DNA of 64,000 nucleotides from Escherichia coli. Lineage in GTDB: Bacteria > Pseudomonadota > Gammaproteobacteria > Enterobacterales > Enterobacteriaceae. This document shows positions 1-10,527 of this stretch, one piece after another. Numbering within the stretch: position 1 is the stretch's first letter; every line of letters begins with the position of its first letter. Position numbers and translations under genes: made by a program. The DNA is taken from assembly GCF_041886205.1 (NCBI RefSeq), contig NZ_CP169029.1, one strand, 5' to 3'. The notes beneath the pieces were generated by a model that was given only the letters and a program-made list of their open reading frames with translations, searched no databases and was not told the origin of the DNA.

Positions 1-458
1 TTATTGAAAAAGAGCGTTACTTCGTTGATCGGATAATTCGCCGCAACGTACAACGCATTCAGCAGATTAATTTGTCCGTCAGAGCGTAACTCAGCCAGCG
101 GGATTTGTGACCCTGTCACAATGACCGGTTTACCGAGATTCTCGAGCATGAACGACAGCGCAGAGGCGGTATACGCCATCGTGTCGGTACCGTGTAGAAT
201 GACAAAACCATCATAGTCGTCATAGTGCGCTTTAATATCTTCAGCAATATGCTGCCAGTCTTCCGGCGTCATATCAGAAGAATCCATCAACGGCGTATAT
301 TCATGAATGGTGAAATCTGGCATCTCCGGGCGATGGAATTCCGGCATCAGCGCCAGTTGGCGTTGTAGATGACCTGACACCGGAATATAACCCTGCTCGG
401 AACGCTGCATCCCGATGGTCCCGCCCGTGTAGGCGACGTAAATTGATTTCTTTTGCAT
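1..458 (-). CDS. ansA: L-asparaginase I, N-terminal part only (3' end lies beyond window start)
   Basis: Reverse-strand ATG at 456-458 followed by MQKKSIYVAYTGGTIG..., the type-I asparaginase N-terminus; frame stays open to position 1; absent from ORF track because no in-window stop. Confidence 0.85.
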   Translation of the reverse strand, partial: MQKKSIYVAYTGGTIGMQRSEQGYIPVSGHLQRQLALMPEFHRPEMPDFTIHEYTPLMDSSDMTPEDWQHIAEDIKAHYDDYDGFVILHGTDTMAYTASALSFMLENLGKPVIVTGSQIPLAELRSDGQINLLNALYVAANYPINEVTLFFN

Positions 459-579
459 GATATTGATATGAATGATATCGAAAGAGCAAAAGTATATACG
501 TGAGGCAGGAGGAGCGCACCTGATACTATGCGGATAAGGAAATATGGGGCGAGACAGCGGGAAGAGGATTCGTCGAGGT

Positions 580-612
580 AAAAAATAATGTGGCCGACGA
601 TCTGTCGGCCAC
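580..612 (-). terminator. Intrinsic terminator downstream of sppA
   Basis: Perfect inverted repeat gtggccgac/gtcggccac (590-612) followed on the minus strand by a U-run (plus-strand A-run 580-585), 12 bp after the sppA stop. Confidence 0.7.
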
Positions 613-624
613 TCAGTACAAGAC

Positions 625-2481
625 TTAACGCACGTTGGCGCAGGTCAGGCAAAACGCATAACGGTTTTGTGGGTCGTTAAACGCGGCCAGCTTGTCGCTT
701 TCACTTTTAACGGTAGAGGCTACCGAGGCAAGCGGTGCAGGTAACATGGCCTGGAACGCATCTGGCAACATTGCCCGGACAGAACCAGACATGTTGTCCA
801 TCACTTTGTCGAAGAAGGTCGGTTCATCAACGTAGTATTCCAGATGCCACTGTTTCACTTTTGCGAGCTCTGCTGCTTTGGCAACCGCATCATCGAAATC
901 CCCGAGACTATCGACCAGCCCGTTAGCTTTTGCATCCTGACCGGTCCAGACGTGGCCCTGGGCGATTTTATCAATTTGCTCCGGCGTCGAATGACGCGCA
1001 TCAGCAACCAGCGTGATAAAGCGTTTATAGCCATTCTCAATGCTTAACTGCATCATCTGCTGCGCTTCCGGCGGCAGTGCCTTGGTGATAGAAACATCTG
1101 CCAGCGGTGAAGTTGAGACACCATCGGTATGAACACCAATCGAATCCAGACTATTTTCTACGGTGGTGATCACGCCGAAGATACCGATAGAACCGGTCAG
1201 GGTGCTGGGGTTAGCCACAATGTAATTAGCTGGCGTGGAAATCCAGTAACCACCAGATGCCGCCATGCCGCCCATCGATACAACCACAGGCTTACCCGCT
1301 GCCCGGGCTGCTGCCAGTTCAGCGCGAATCACTTCAGACGCGGTAACGCTGCCGCCTGGGCTATTAACACGCAGGACAATCGCTTTCACTTTCGGGTCAA
1401 GGCGAGCGTCGCGGATTTGTGCCGCAGTGGTATCACCGCCAACATTCCCCTGAGTTTCCTCGCCATCCATAATTGCGCCATTAGCGAAGACGACACCGAT
1501 GCTGTCACCGGTATCTGCCGGCGTTTTCAATGCGTAATCGTAATAACTGATGGCGCGATAATTTTTATCAGTCTTACTCCAGCCGAACTCTTTGGTCAGA
1601 GCTTTTTCGATTTCGGCACTCGATGCCAGTGCATCGACCAGCTTGTTTTCCAGCGCATATTTCGCGGTATCGCCACCGGTTTTGGTTAAACCCTCAAGCA
1701 ACCCTTGCGCGCCAGGGAATACCTGCTGAGCAGGGATCTGCCGGTTCGCGGCAACAGTATTCAGATAGTTTTGCCACAGCTCACCAATCCAGCGGCTGTC
1801 AGCTTCGCGGGCTGCCGGTGACATATCATCACGAATAAACGGTTCAACGGCAGATTTATACGTACCCACGCGGAACACATGGGTGGAAACTTTCAGCTTA
1901 TCCAGCAACGATTTGTAGTACAGACCGTTGGTGGCAAAGCCGTGCAGATCAACCACGCCTTGCGGAGACAGCCAAATTTTATTGGCGAAACTGGCGAGAT
2001 AATATTGCCCCTGGCTGTAGTTCTCGCCAACGGCATAAACCGGTTTCCCGCTGTCACGAAACTCTTTCAGGGCTTTGCCGATGTACTGCATAGACGGTTG
2101 GTCGCCGCCTGCGAAGTTTTTCAGATCCATCACGATACCGGTGATATTGCGGTCATCCTTCGCCTGGCGAATGGTATTGACGATATCAAACAGTGAGTTT
2201 TCCTGCAGACGATCGGAACTGGCACCAAGCAGCTGGCGGCTTAATTTACTAAACCGCTGAGAACTGTCGGGTTTATCGACGATCACACCAGAAATGTCCA
2301 GCAGCAGTGCGCCACGACTGGCCGTTTCTTTCGAATCACCACCACTGACCTGCATCCAGATCCCCACACCAACCAGTACGAGAAAAATAAAGAACAGGTT
2401 AAGTACCATTTCACGGACGAAATTCAGCAGACGCCACGTCCATTTAAAAAATCCGGCAATAAATCGCCAAAGGGTTCGCAT
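625..2481 (-). CDS. sppA: Signal peptide peptidase A (protease IV), 618 aa
   Basis: ORF track 625..2625; start moved to internal Met ([12 protein letters not shown]..., ATG at 2479-2481) giving the length I recall for SppA; ClpP/crotonase-like S49 peptidase repeats. Confidence 0.9.
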
Positions 2482-2641
2482 GTATTCTCCCAACTTAAGG
2501 TCACACCTGTCACAGGCGCAATAGATGTGGTTATCGTAATGACCCAACCGGCACTTGTCAGCAGGAATTGCGGACTGTGCTGTAACAAAATCCACTCTCG
2601 TGTTAATTTTGTGAATAAATATCACGACAGGAGTTAATCAA

Positions 2642-3193
2642 ATGGATGCACTCGAACTATTGATCAATCGCCGTAGCGCCTCCCGCCTGGCTGAACCCGC
2701 ACCAACGGGTGAACAACTGCAAAACATCCTGCGTGCGGGTATGCGTGCGCCGGACCATAAGTCCATGCAACCGTGGCATTTTTTTGTGATTGAAGGGGAA
2801 GGGCGCGAGCGTTTCAGCGCCGTACTGCAGCAGGGGGCGATTGCTGCCGGTAGTGATGACAAAGCCATCGACAAAGCCCGTAATGCGCCGTTCCGCGCAC
2901 CGCTCATCATCACTGTGGTGGCGAAATGCGAAGAGAATCATAAAGTCCCCCGCTGGGAACAGGAAATGTCTGCCGGATGCGCGGTCATGGCGATGCAAAT
3001 GGCAGCCGTTGCCCAGGGTTTTGGCGGCATCTGGCGCAGTGGCGCATTAACTGAAAGCCCGGTAGTGCGTGAAGCATTCGGTTGCCGTGAGCAGGATAAA
3101 ATTGCCGGTTTTCTCTACCTCGGTACGCCGCAGTTGAAAGCATCTACGTCGATAAACGTCCCGGACCCGACGCCGTTTGTGACTTATTTCTGA
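2642..3193 (+). CDS. ydjA: NAD(P)H nitroreductase YdjA, 183 aa
   Basis: ORF track 2642..3193; [19 protein letters not shown]... nitroreductase fold. Confidence 0.9.
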   Translation: MDALELLINRRSASRLAEPAPTGEQLQNILRAGMRAPDHKSMQPWHFFVIEGEGRERFSAVLQQGAIAAGSDDKAIDKARNAPFRAPLIITVVAKCEENHKVPRWEQEMSAGCAVMAMQMAAVAQGFGGIWRSGALTESPVVREAFGCREQDKIAGFLYLGTPQLKASTSINVPDPTPFVTYF

Positions 3194-3309
3194 TAATTGT
3201 CGCGAAACTGTCTGGATTGTGAGCAAAGGCGCAGGAATTCAGACACTCTCACTTATCACTTCACGGAATGAGGGTTACCATACCCGGATTGCATTGACAG
3301 GAGATGTCC

Positions 3310-4353
3310 ATGAGCGAGAACTCGATTCGTTTGACCCAATACAGCCACGGAGCTGGTTGCGGCTGTAAAATTTCCCCAAAAGTGTTGGAAACCATCCTGC
3401 ACAGTGAGCAGGCGAAGTTTGTTGATCCGAATTTGCTTGTGGGTAATGAAACCCGCGACGATGCGGCGGTGTACGATCTGGGCAATGGCACCAGCGTTAT
3501 CAGTACCACCGACTTCTTTATGCCGATCGTTGATAATCCTTTCGATTTTGGCCGCATTGCGGCGACTAACGCCATCAGCGATATCTTCGCGATGGGGGGC
3601 AAACCGATTATGGCGATTGCGATCCTCGGCTGGCCGATTAACAAGCTTTCCCCAGAGATTGCCCGCGAAGTAACCGAAGGTGGTCGCTATGCATGCCGTC
3701 AGGCGGGTATTGCGCTGGCTGGCGGTCACTCCATCGATGCGCCGGAGCCGATTTTTGGTCTGGCGGTAACGGGGATCGTACCGACCGAGCGGGTGAAGAA
3801 AAACAGTACCGCACAAGCCGGATGCAAACTGTTCCTGACGAAACCGCTGGGGATCGGCGTTCTTACCACGGCTGAGAAAAAATCACTGCTGAAACCAGAA
3901 CATCAGGGACTGGCGACGGAGGTGATGTGCCGGATGAACATCGCAGGCGCGTCCTTTGCCAACATCGAAGGCGTAAAAGCGATGACCGACGTTACGGGTT
4001 TTGGTCTGCTGGGCCATTTGAGCGAAATGTGTCAGGGCGCAGGTGTGCAGGCGCGCGTTGACTATGACGCGATCCCAAAATTGCCGGGGGTTGAAGAGTA
4101 CATTAAGTTGGGCGCAGTGCCTGGCGGCACCGAACGTAACTTTGCCAGCTACGGTCATCTGATGGGTGAAATGCCGCGTGAAGTGCGCGATTTGCTGTGC
4201 GATCCGCAAACTTCTGGCGGTTTGCTGCTGGCGGTCATGCCGGAAGCAGAAAATGAGGTTAAAGCTACAGCCGCCGAGTTTGGCATTGAACTGACGGCGA
4301 TTGGCGAACTGGTGCCAGCGCGCGGCGGTCGTGCCATGGTTGAGATCAGTTAA
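3310..4353 (+). CDS. selD: Selenide, water dikinase (selenophosphate synthetase), 347 aa
   Basis: ORF track 3304..4353; second ATG (3310) gives [20 protein letters not shown]...; the active-site residue is an ordinary Cys codon, not UGA. Confidence 0.92.
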
Positions 4354-4357
4354 TTCA

Positions 4358-6319
4358 ATGCGGTTGTTTATTGCCGAAAAACCGAGTCTGGCGCGCGCCA
4401 TTGCTGATGTCCTGCCCAAACCGCACCGTAAAGGCGATGGCTTTATCGAGTGCGGTAATGGTCAGGTGGTGACCTGGTGTATCGGTCACCTGCTTGAGCA
4501 GGCGCAGCCAGACGCCTACGACAGCCGCTATGCGCGCTGGAATCTTGCGGATTTGCCGATTGTCCCGGAAAAGTGGCAATTACAGCCCCGACCCTCCGTG
4601 ACCAAACAACTTAATGTCATCAAACGCTTTTTGCATGAAGCCAGCGAAATTGTTCATGCCGGAGACCCGGATCGCGAAGGGCAATTGCTGGTGGATGAAG
4701 TGCTGGACTATCTGCAACTGGCACCGGAAAAGCGCCAGCAGGTGCAGCGTTGCTTGATAAACGACCTGAACCCGCAGGCGGTTGAGCGGGCGATCGACCG
4801 TCTTCGTTCCAACAGTGAGTTTGTGCCATTGTGCGTTTCTGCGCTGGCGCGAGCGCGTGCCGACTGGTTATACGGCATCAATATGACCCGTGCGTATACC
4901 ATTCTCGGTCGCAATGCCGGTTATCAGGGCGTACTTTCCGTGGGACGCGTGCAGACACCCGTGCTCGGGCTGGTGGTGCGCCGCGATGAAGAGATTGAAA
5001 ACTTCGTGGCGAAAGACTTCTTTGAAGTCAAAGCACATATCGTGACACCTGCCGATGAGCGGTTTACCGCTATCTGGCAACCGAGCGAAGCGTGTGAACC
5101 GTACCAGGATGAAGAAGGGCGCTTGTTACATCGTCCACTGGCGGAGCATGTGGTTAACCGCATTAGTGGTCAACCGGCTATTGTCACCAGCTATAACGAT
5201 AAACGGGAATCAGAATCCGCGCCGCTGCCGTTTTCGCTTTCGGCGTTGCAGATTGAAGCGGCAAAACGCTTCGGTCTGAGCGCGCAGAACGTGCTTGATA
5301 TCTGCCAGAAGCTGTACGAAACGCACAAGCTAATCACTTATCCGCGTTCCGATTGTCGCTATTTGCCAGAAGAACATTTTGCCGGACGCCACGCGGTGAT
5401 GAATGCCATCAGTGTTCATGCACCAGATCTGTTGCCGCAGCCAGTGGTAGATCCAGATATACGCAACCGCTGTTGGGATGACAAAAAGGTCGATGCGCAC
5501 CACGCCATCATCCCGACCGCACGGAGTTCTGTGATCAACCTGACGGAGAACGAAGCGAAGGTCTATAACCTGATTGCCCGTCAGTACTTGATGCAGTTCT
5601 GCCCGGATGCGGTGTTCCGCAAGTGTGTTATCGATCTGGACATTGCCAAAGGCAAATTTGTCGCTAAAGCGCGTTTTCTTGCTGAAGCAGGCTGGCGCAC
5701 GCTGTTAGGCAGCAAAGAGCGCGATGAAGAAAACGACGGCACGCCACTGCCTGTGGTGGCGAAAGGCGATGAGTTGCTGTGTGAAAAAGGTGAAGTGGTA
5801 GAGCGGCAAACCCAGCCGCCGCGCCATTTTACCGATGCAACACTGCTTGCGGCAATGACCGGGATCGCGCGCTTTGTGCAGGACAAAGATCTGAAAAAGA
5901 TCCTTCGTGCGACCGATGGTCTGGGGACAGAGGCAACGCGTGCCGGGATTATTGAACTGTTGTTCAAGCGTGGTTTCCTGACCAAAAAAGGGCGCTATAT
6001 CCACTCCACCGACGCCGGAAAAGCGCTATTCCATTCGCTGCCGGAGATGGCCACGAGACCGGACATGACCGCGCACTGGGAATCGGTGCTGACGCAAATC
6101 AGTGAAAAGCAGTGTCGCTATCAGGACTTTATGCAGCCGCTGGTGGGGACGCTATATCAGCTTATTGATCAAGCCAAACGTACGCCGGTGCGGCAGTTTC
6201 GCGGCATAGTGGCTCCGGGCAGTGGTGGCAGTGCTGATAAGAAAAAGGCTGCACCGCGTAAACGTAGTGCGAAAAAAATTCCGCCAGCAGATGAAGCCGG
6301 AAGCGGGGCGATAGCGTAA
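4358..6319 (+). CDS. topB: DNA topoisomerase III, 653 aa
   Basis: ORF track 4301..6319; internal start [20 protein letters not shown] (ATG 4358) 4 bp after the selD stop; type IA topoisomerase TOPRIM N-terminus. Confidence 0.92.
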   Translation: MRLFIAEKPSLARAIADVLPKPHRKGDGFIECGNGQVVTWCIGHLLEQAQPDAYDSRYARWNLADLPIVPEKWQLQPRPSVTKQLNVIKRFLHEASEIVHAGDPDREGQLLVDEVLDYLQLAPEKRQQVQRCLINDLNPQAVERAIDRLRSNSEFVPLCVSALARARADWLYGINMTRAYTILGRNAGYQGVLSVGRVQTPVLGLVVRRDEEIENFVAKDFFEVKAHIVTPADERFTAIWQPSEACEPYQDEEGRLLHRPLAEHVVNRISGQPAIVTSYNDKRESESAPLPFSLSALQIEAAKRFGLSAQNVLDICQKLYETHKLITYPRSDCRYLPEEHFAGRHAVMNAISVHAPDLLPQPVVDPDIRNRCWDDKKVDAHHAIIPTARSSVINLTENEAKVYNLIARQYLMQFCPDAVFRKCVIDLDIAKGKFVAKARFLAEAGWRTLLGSKERDEENDGTPLPVVAKGDELLCEKGEVVERQTQPPRHFTDATLLAAMTGIARFVQDKDLKKILRATDGLGTEATRAGIIELLFKRGFLTKKGRYIHSTDAGKALFHSLPEMATRPDMTAHWESVLTQISEKQCRYQDFMQPLVGTLYQLIDQAKRTPVRQFRGIVAPGSGGSADKKKAAPRKRSAKKIPPADEAGSGAIA

Positions 6320-6446
6320 GCGAGCGAATCTTTCGTGCTATTCGAGTCATATTCTGAAATATCCAGCGGATCAAGAAAATTCGTTGGATATTTTTTTTGC
6401 ATGGATAAAATTATTGCCTCTAAAGTATGTAATAACAGGGAATGTG

Positions 6447-7478
6447 ATGAAAAAAGTTTTATTACAAAACCATCCAGGGAGTGAAAAGTATTCTTTTAAC
6501 GGCTGGGAAATATTTAATATTAATTTAGATCAGGTGATTAAAGAAAATAAACCTATGCTGCTTTGTAAGTGGGGGTTTTATATAACCTGCACTTTCGCTG
6601 CACTGTTAGTTTGTGCAGGTCTTACAGCAAATGGTTTAAGTGATAAAGGCAAAGTGTCCGCTGGCTATGCTTTTCTTTATCTTTTAATTATGGCGGGTTT
6701 GGTTATTCGAGCTGGCTTCAGAGCAAAAAAAGAACAGTTACACTATTATAAGGCAAAGGGTATTGAGCCGCTGAGTGAAGATAAGTTGCAGGCATTGCGG
6801 CTGATTGCACCCAATCGATTCTATAACCAACAGTGGTCTGAATCGCTTGAATTTTGGCCACGTAAGCCTGCATTGGGAACGGATACTTTTCGCTATCATG
6901 TTTTACGTTTTGAATCTGTCGGAGTGACTCGCCAGCGTCGCAAGTCTTTGGATGACAGCTGGGGGATAGTCGATAGCCAAAGTTATATCGCTTTAATGGA
7001 ATATTTTCTTTCAGGTGAGCATGGCTCAAATGCATTTAAAGAACACATGGAAGAAAATCCGCAAGAAGTGATTGCCATGTTAAGTAAGGTTAAGGAATTT
7101 CCTGAGGATTATCTTTATGACTGTACCATCCGTCGAATTGATAAGTCATCTCCACGCTTGATATGGGCTGCCGAGATAGCATGGATAATAGGCTTAACCT
7201 GCTCGACATACCAGAATGGAACGATTGAGGAAGATCTGGCCTGGCACTATATTTTGACTGCCTCGAAAAAAGCCTATGAACTCTTTGAGAGCGAAGAAGA
7301 GTTCCATCGAAACAGTTTGATGGGGTCATGGTACTGGCATGCTTTCTGCTATCGAATGAAACTCATGGACGCTGAGCTGGAAGAAGGTCATCTCTACGAC
7401 GTGGAAATTCTGGAACATTACCGAAAGAAGTGTCGTTGGCCCATTAAAAACCTTCCCTGGGGCACATCCTCAAACTGA
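6447..7478 (+). CDS. ynjI: Inner-membrane protein YnjI (DUF1266 family)
   Basis: ORF track 6384..7478; ATG 6447 is preferred because of the aggga Shine-Dalgarno 6 nt upstream (start is uncertain, GTG 6444 or ATG 6384 are possible); visibly AT-rich compared with flanking genes. Confidence 0.75.
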   Translation: MKKVLLQNHPGSEKYSFNGWEIFNINLDQVIKENKPMLLCKWGFYITCTFAALLVCAGLTANGLSDKGKVSAGYAFLYLLIMAGLVIRAGFRAKKEQLHYYKAKGIEPLSEDKLQALRLIAPNRFYNQQWSESLEFWPRKPALGTDTFRYHVLRFESVGVTRQRRKSLDDSWGIVDSQSYIALMEYFLSGEHGSNAFKEHMEENPQEVIAMLSKVKEFPEDYLYDCTIRRIDKSSPRLIWAAEIAWIIGLTCSTYQNGTIEEDLAWHYILTASKKAYELFESEEEFHRNSLMGSWYWHAFCYRMKLMDAELEEGHLYDVEILEHYRKKCRWPIKNLPWGTSSN

Positions 7479-7508
7479 CCTCTTTGCCGGGGGCGCTGCG
7501 CTTGCCCT

Positions 7509-7580
7509 GCCTACATTAGAGCGTAACTGCAATGAATTGTGCCCATTTGTAGGCCTGATAAGCGTAGCGCCATCAGGCAT
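7509..7580. repeat. REP/BIME-like palindromic element between ynjI and gdhA
   Basis: gtaggcctgataagcgtagcgccatcaggc at 7550-7579 matches the E. coli REP consensus; preceded by an inverted gcctac...gtaggc segment. Confidence 0.7.
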
Positions 7581-7587
7581 TTACAAC

Positions 7588-8931
7588 TTAAATCACACCC
7601 TGCGCCAGCATCGCATCGGCAACCTTCACAAAACCGGCAATGTTCGCGCCCTGCACGTAGTTGGTTTGCTCACCTTCACCACCATGCTCAACACAGGCAT
7701 GGTGGATATCCAGCATGATGTGATGCAAACGTGCGTCAACTTTCTCGGCTTTCCAGCCCAGGCGCGCAGCGTTTTGCGCCATTTCAAGGCCTGACGTTGC
7801 TACACCGCCAGCATTAGCCGCTTTACCCGGTGCAAACAGTACGCCTGCCTGCTGGAACAGTTCAGTCGCTTCGATGGTGGTCGGCATATTTGCCCCTTCG
7901 GCGACGGCTTTAACGCCATTGGCGATAAGCTGATGCGCGGCGTCAACATCCAGTTCGTTCTGGGTGGCGCAAGGCAGGGCGATATCAACCGGTACAGACC
8001 ACGGCTGTTGGCCTTCGAGATAGACCAGACCAAATTCTTTGGCGTAATCAGCCACTCGACCATCGCGGCTGGCTTTGATTTCGATAAGGCGTGCCAGTTT
8101 CTCTTTCGTGAATCCGCTTTCATCAACTACAGTGCCGCTGGAGTCTGACGCAGTGATCACACGAGCACCAAATTCCATCGCTTTTTCGATAGCGTACTGG
8201 GCGACGTTGCCGGAGCCAGAAACGGAAACGCGCATCCCTTCAAAACCCATACCGTGGCGTTTTAACATTGCTTCTGTGAAATAAACCAGACCGTAGCCGG
8301 TAGCTTCCGGGCGAATAAGACTGCCGCCAAATGAAAGGCCCTTACCGGTGAAGACGCAGGAGGTATTGTTGGAGAGCTTTTTCATCATCCCCGCCATAAA
8401 GCCGACTTCACGACCACCAACCCCGATATCACCTGCCGGAACGTCGGTATCCGCGCCCAGGTGGCGATACAGTTCAGTCATCAGCGCCTGGCAAAAACGC
8501 ATCACTTCACCTTCGCTTTTTCCTTTCGGATCGAAATCGCTGCCGCCTTTACCACCGCCCATCGGCAGAGTAGTCAGGGCATTTTTGAAGGTTTGCTCGA
8601 AGCCGAGGAATTTGAGAATGGAGAGGTTAACTGACGGATGGAAGCGCATACCGCCTTTGTACGGGCCGATGGCAGAGCTGAACTGCACACGCCATGCACG
8701 GTTGACCTGTACCTGATTGCGATCATCAACCCATACCACGCGAAACTGGATCACGCGCTCCGGTTCAACCAGACGCTCCAGTAATGACATCTGGCGATAT
8801 TTTGGATTTTGTTCAAGAAAAGGCCAGAGTGTGGTCATTACTTCACGAACGGCTTGCGCGAACTCGGTTTGATTCGGGTCGCGCTTTTGGACATGGTTGA
8901 GGAATGACTCCAGAGAATATGTCTGATCCAT
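7588..8931 (-). CDS. gdhA: NADP-specific glutamate dehydrogenase, 447 aa
   Basis: ORF track 7588..8931; MDQTYSLESFLNHVQKRDP...; GGGKGG active-site motif present. Confidence 0.95.
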   Translation of the reverse strand: MDQTYSLESFLNHVQKRDPNQTEFAQAVREVMTTLWPFLEQNPKYRQMSLLERLVEPERVIQFRVVWVDDRNQVQVNRAWRVQFSSAIGPYKGGMRFHPSVNLSILKFLGFEQTFKNALTTLPMGGGKGGSDFDPKGKSEGEVMRFCQALMTELYRHLGADTDVPAGDIGVGGREVGFMAGMMKKLSNNTSCVFTGKGLSFGGSLIRPEATGYGLVYFTEAMLKRHGMGFEGMRVSVSGSGNVAQYAIEKAMEFGARVITASDSSGTVVDESGFTKEKLARLIEIKASRDGRVADYAKEFGLVYLEGQQPWSVPVDIALPCATQNELDVDAAHQLIANGVKAVAEGANMPTTIEATELFQQAGVLFAPGKAANAGGVATSGLEMAQNAARLGWKAEKVDARLHHIMLDIHHACVEHGGEGEQTNYVQGANIAGFVKVADAMLAQGVI

Positions 8932-9166
8932 AGATATAAAACCCTTATATATTAATACGATTGTGCTTATGTTGTTTATGTCATGTGCTTTTGCAGTTTT
9001 CGACTATACCATCAAGAATGTGACGGTAAGCAAGAAAAAAATGACCCAGGAAAGCAAATTAATAACGAGAGTAATCTCATAACCAAATGCGATAACTCAG
9101 ACGCTAAAGTTTTGCCACCCGGCTACCGTTATCAGTAGCAGAGACAATAACGTTAAGGAGTTCCCT

Positions 9167-9439
9167 GTGAGTCGAGCATTGTTCGCCGTAGTATTAGCAT
9201 TTCCATTAATTGCACTGGCTAACCCGCATTATCGTCCGGACGTGGAGGTAAACGTACCGCCAGAAGTGTTCAGTTCAGGCGGGCAGTCAGCGCAGCCCTG
9301 TACTCAGTGCTGCGTTTATCAGGATAAAAATTATTCTGAAGGGGCGGTAATTAAAGCCGAAGGAATACTGCTGCAATGCCTGCGGGATGACAAAACCCTT
9401 AGCACTAATCCGCTGGTCTGGCGGCGCGTAAAGCCATAA
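9167..9439 (+). CDS. ynjH: Small secreted protein YnjH (DUF1496), 90 aa
   Basis: ORF track 9167..9439; GTG start with aaggag Shine-Dalgarno at 9154-9159; signal-peptide-like N-terminus. Confidence 0.75.
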   Translation: MSRALFAVVLAFPLIALANPHYRPDVEVNVPPEVFSSGGQSAQPCTQCCVYQDKNYSEGAVIKAEGILLQCLRDDKTLSTNPLVWRRVKP

Positions 9440-9812
9440 ACGCCTCTAATAGTGGAATGTCAGCAGGGGCCAGCGGATATTGCAGCGCCTCTTCAGGTGA
9501 GCACCAGACCAGCGCCTGATGTTCATGTGCCTGTAACGTCCCGTGGAAGTCGGGTACGTGCCAGGCATGAAGATGGATAATCCGGCCCGAAACTTCTCGC
9601 TGATGGCTGGCAACATACTCACCCACAGTTGCTTCGATGCCCAGTTCTTCGTTTAACTCACGCACCAGCGCCTGCTGCTGGCTTTCATCCAGCTCGACTT
9701 TACCACCGGCAAACTCCCATAATCCCGCCTGATCGCTTTGGGCGGGGCGTTGCGCGAGTAAAATTTTGCCATCACGTTCAATGATGGCGGCAACAACTTC
9801 AATCATTTTCAT
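9405..9812 (-). CDS. nudG: CTP/dCTP pyrophosphohydrolase (Nudix), 135 aa
   Basis: ORF track 9405..9812; Nudix box GGKVELDESQQQALVRELNEELGI. Confidence 0.9.
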   Translation of the reverse strand: MKMIEVVAAIIERDGKILLAQRPAQSDQAGLWEFAGGKVELDESQQQALVRELNEELGIEATVGEYVASHQREVSGRIIHLHAWHVPDFHGTLQAHEHQALVWCSPEEALQYPLAPADIPLLEAFMALRAARPAD

Positions 9813-9898
9813 AAATTACACACGGGCAGATAAGCGAAAAATGCCATAATATCCGCACTGTTGCTCAATCAGAAAGGCTTTATATTTAAGGAGTGCCT

Positions 9899-10519
9899 GT
9901 GCTAGACCGCCATCTTCATCCCCGGATTAAACCGTTGTTGCATCAGTGCGTGCGGGTTCTTGATAAACCGGGCATTACGCCAGATGGTTTAACATTAGTG
10001 GGATTTGCCATCGGCGTGCTGGCTCTGCCGTTTCTGGCTCTGGGCTGGTATCTGGCGGCGCTAGTCGTCATTTTGTTGAACAGGCTGCTTGATGGTCTGG
10101 ACGGTGCGCTGGCGCGGCGCAGAGGGCTTACCGACGCGGGCGGCTTTCTCGATATTTCTCTCGATTTTCTCTTTTACGCGCTGGTGCCGTTTGGTTTTAT
10201 TCTTGCTGCACCGGAGCAAAATGCCCTGGCAGGCGGCTGGCTGCTGTTTGCGTTTATCGGTACGGGCAGCAGTTTTCTCGCCTTTGCTGCACTGGCAGCG
10301 AAACATCAGATTGATAACCCCGGTTATGCACATAAGTCGTTTTACTATCTGGGGGGATTAACCGAAGGCACAGAAACGATCTTACTGTTTGTGCTGGGAT
10401 GTTTATTCCCTGCATGGTTTGCGTGGTTTGCGTGGATCTTCGGTGCGTTGTGCTGGATGACAACCTTTACGCGGGTGTGGAGTGGGTATCTGACGCTGAA
10501 GTCGCTCCAGCGTCAGTAA
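9899..10519 (+). CDS. ynjF: CDP-alcohol phosphatidyltransferase family inner-membrane protein, 206 aa
   Basis: ORF track 9893..10519; GTG 9899 preferred (aaggag 5 nt upstream); multi-pass membrane protein. Confidence 0.8.
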   Translation: MLDRHLHPRIKPLLHQCVRVLDKPGITPDGLTLVGFAIGVLALPFLALGWYLAALVVILLNRLLDGLDGALARRRGLTDAGGFLDISLDFLFYALVPFGFILAAPEQNALAGGWLLFAFIGTGSSFLAFAALAAKHQIDNPGYAHKSFYYLGGLTEGTETILLFVLGCLFPAWFAWFAWIFGALCWMTTFTRVWSGYLTLKSLQRQ

Positions 10520-10527
10520 TTGCAATG

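Noticed and set aside
301-652. ORFs 301..519 and 347..652 on the minus strand
   Set aside because: Out of frame with ansA, whose true N-terminus (MQKKSIYVAYTGGTIG) starts at 458, and they overlap the ansA-sppA intergenic terminator; no support.
1129-1689. 186-aa plus-strand ORF (and many other ORFs of 60-200 aa) lying antisense to or out of frame within sppA, selD, topB, gdhA, ynjC, katE, thrS, pheT and others
   Set aside because: They fall entirely inside well-supported genes on the opposite strand or in another frame and have no start context or recognisable protein features; treated as shadow ORFs.
625-2625. Long N-terminal extensions in the ORF track (sppA 666 aa, topB 672 aa, astD 511 aa, ydjY 279 aa, ydjX 252 aa, ynjD 246 aa and others)
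   Set aside because: The extensions run through upstream genes or intergenic promoters and lack a Shine-Dalgarno; internal starts with a good ribosome-binding site give the expected family lengths.
3310-4353. selD or btuE as possible selenoproteins with in-frame UGA
   Set aside because: The catalytic residues are encoded by ordinary Cys codons (GCGCK in selD, VASKCGLT in btuE); no in-frame TGA and no SECIS-like hairpin.
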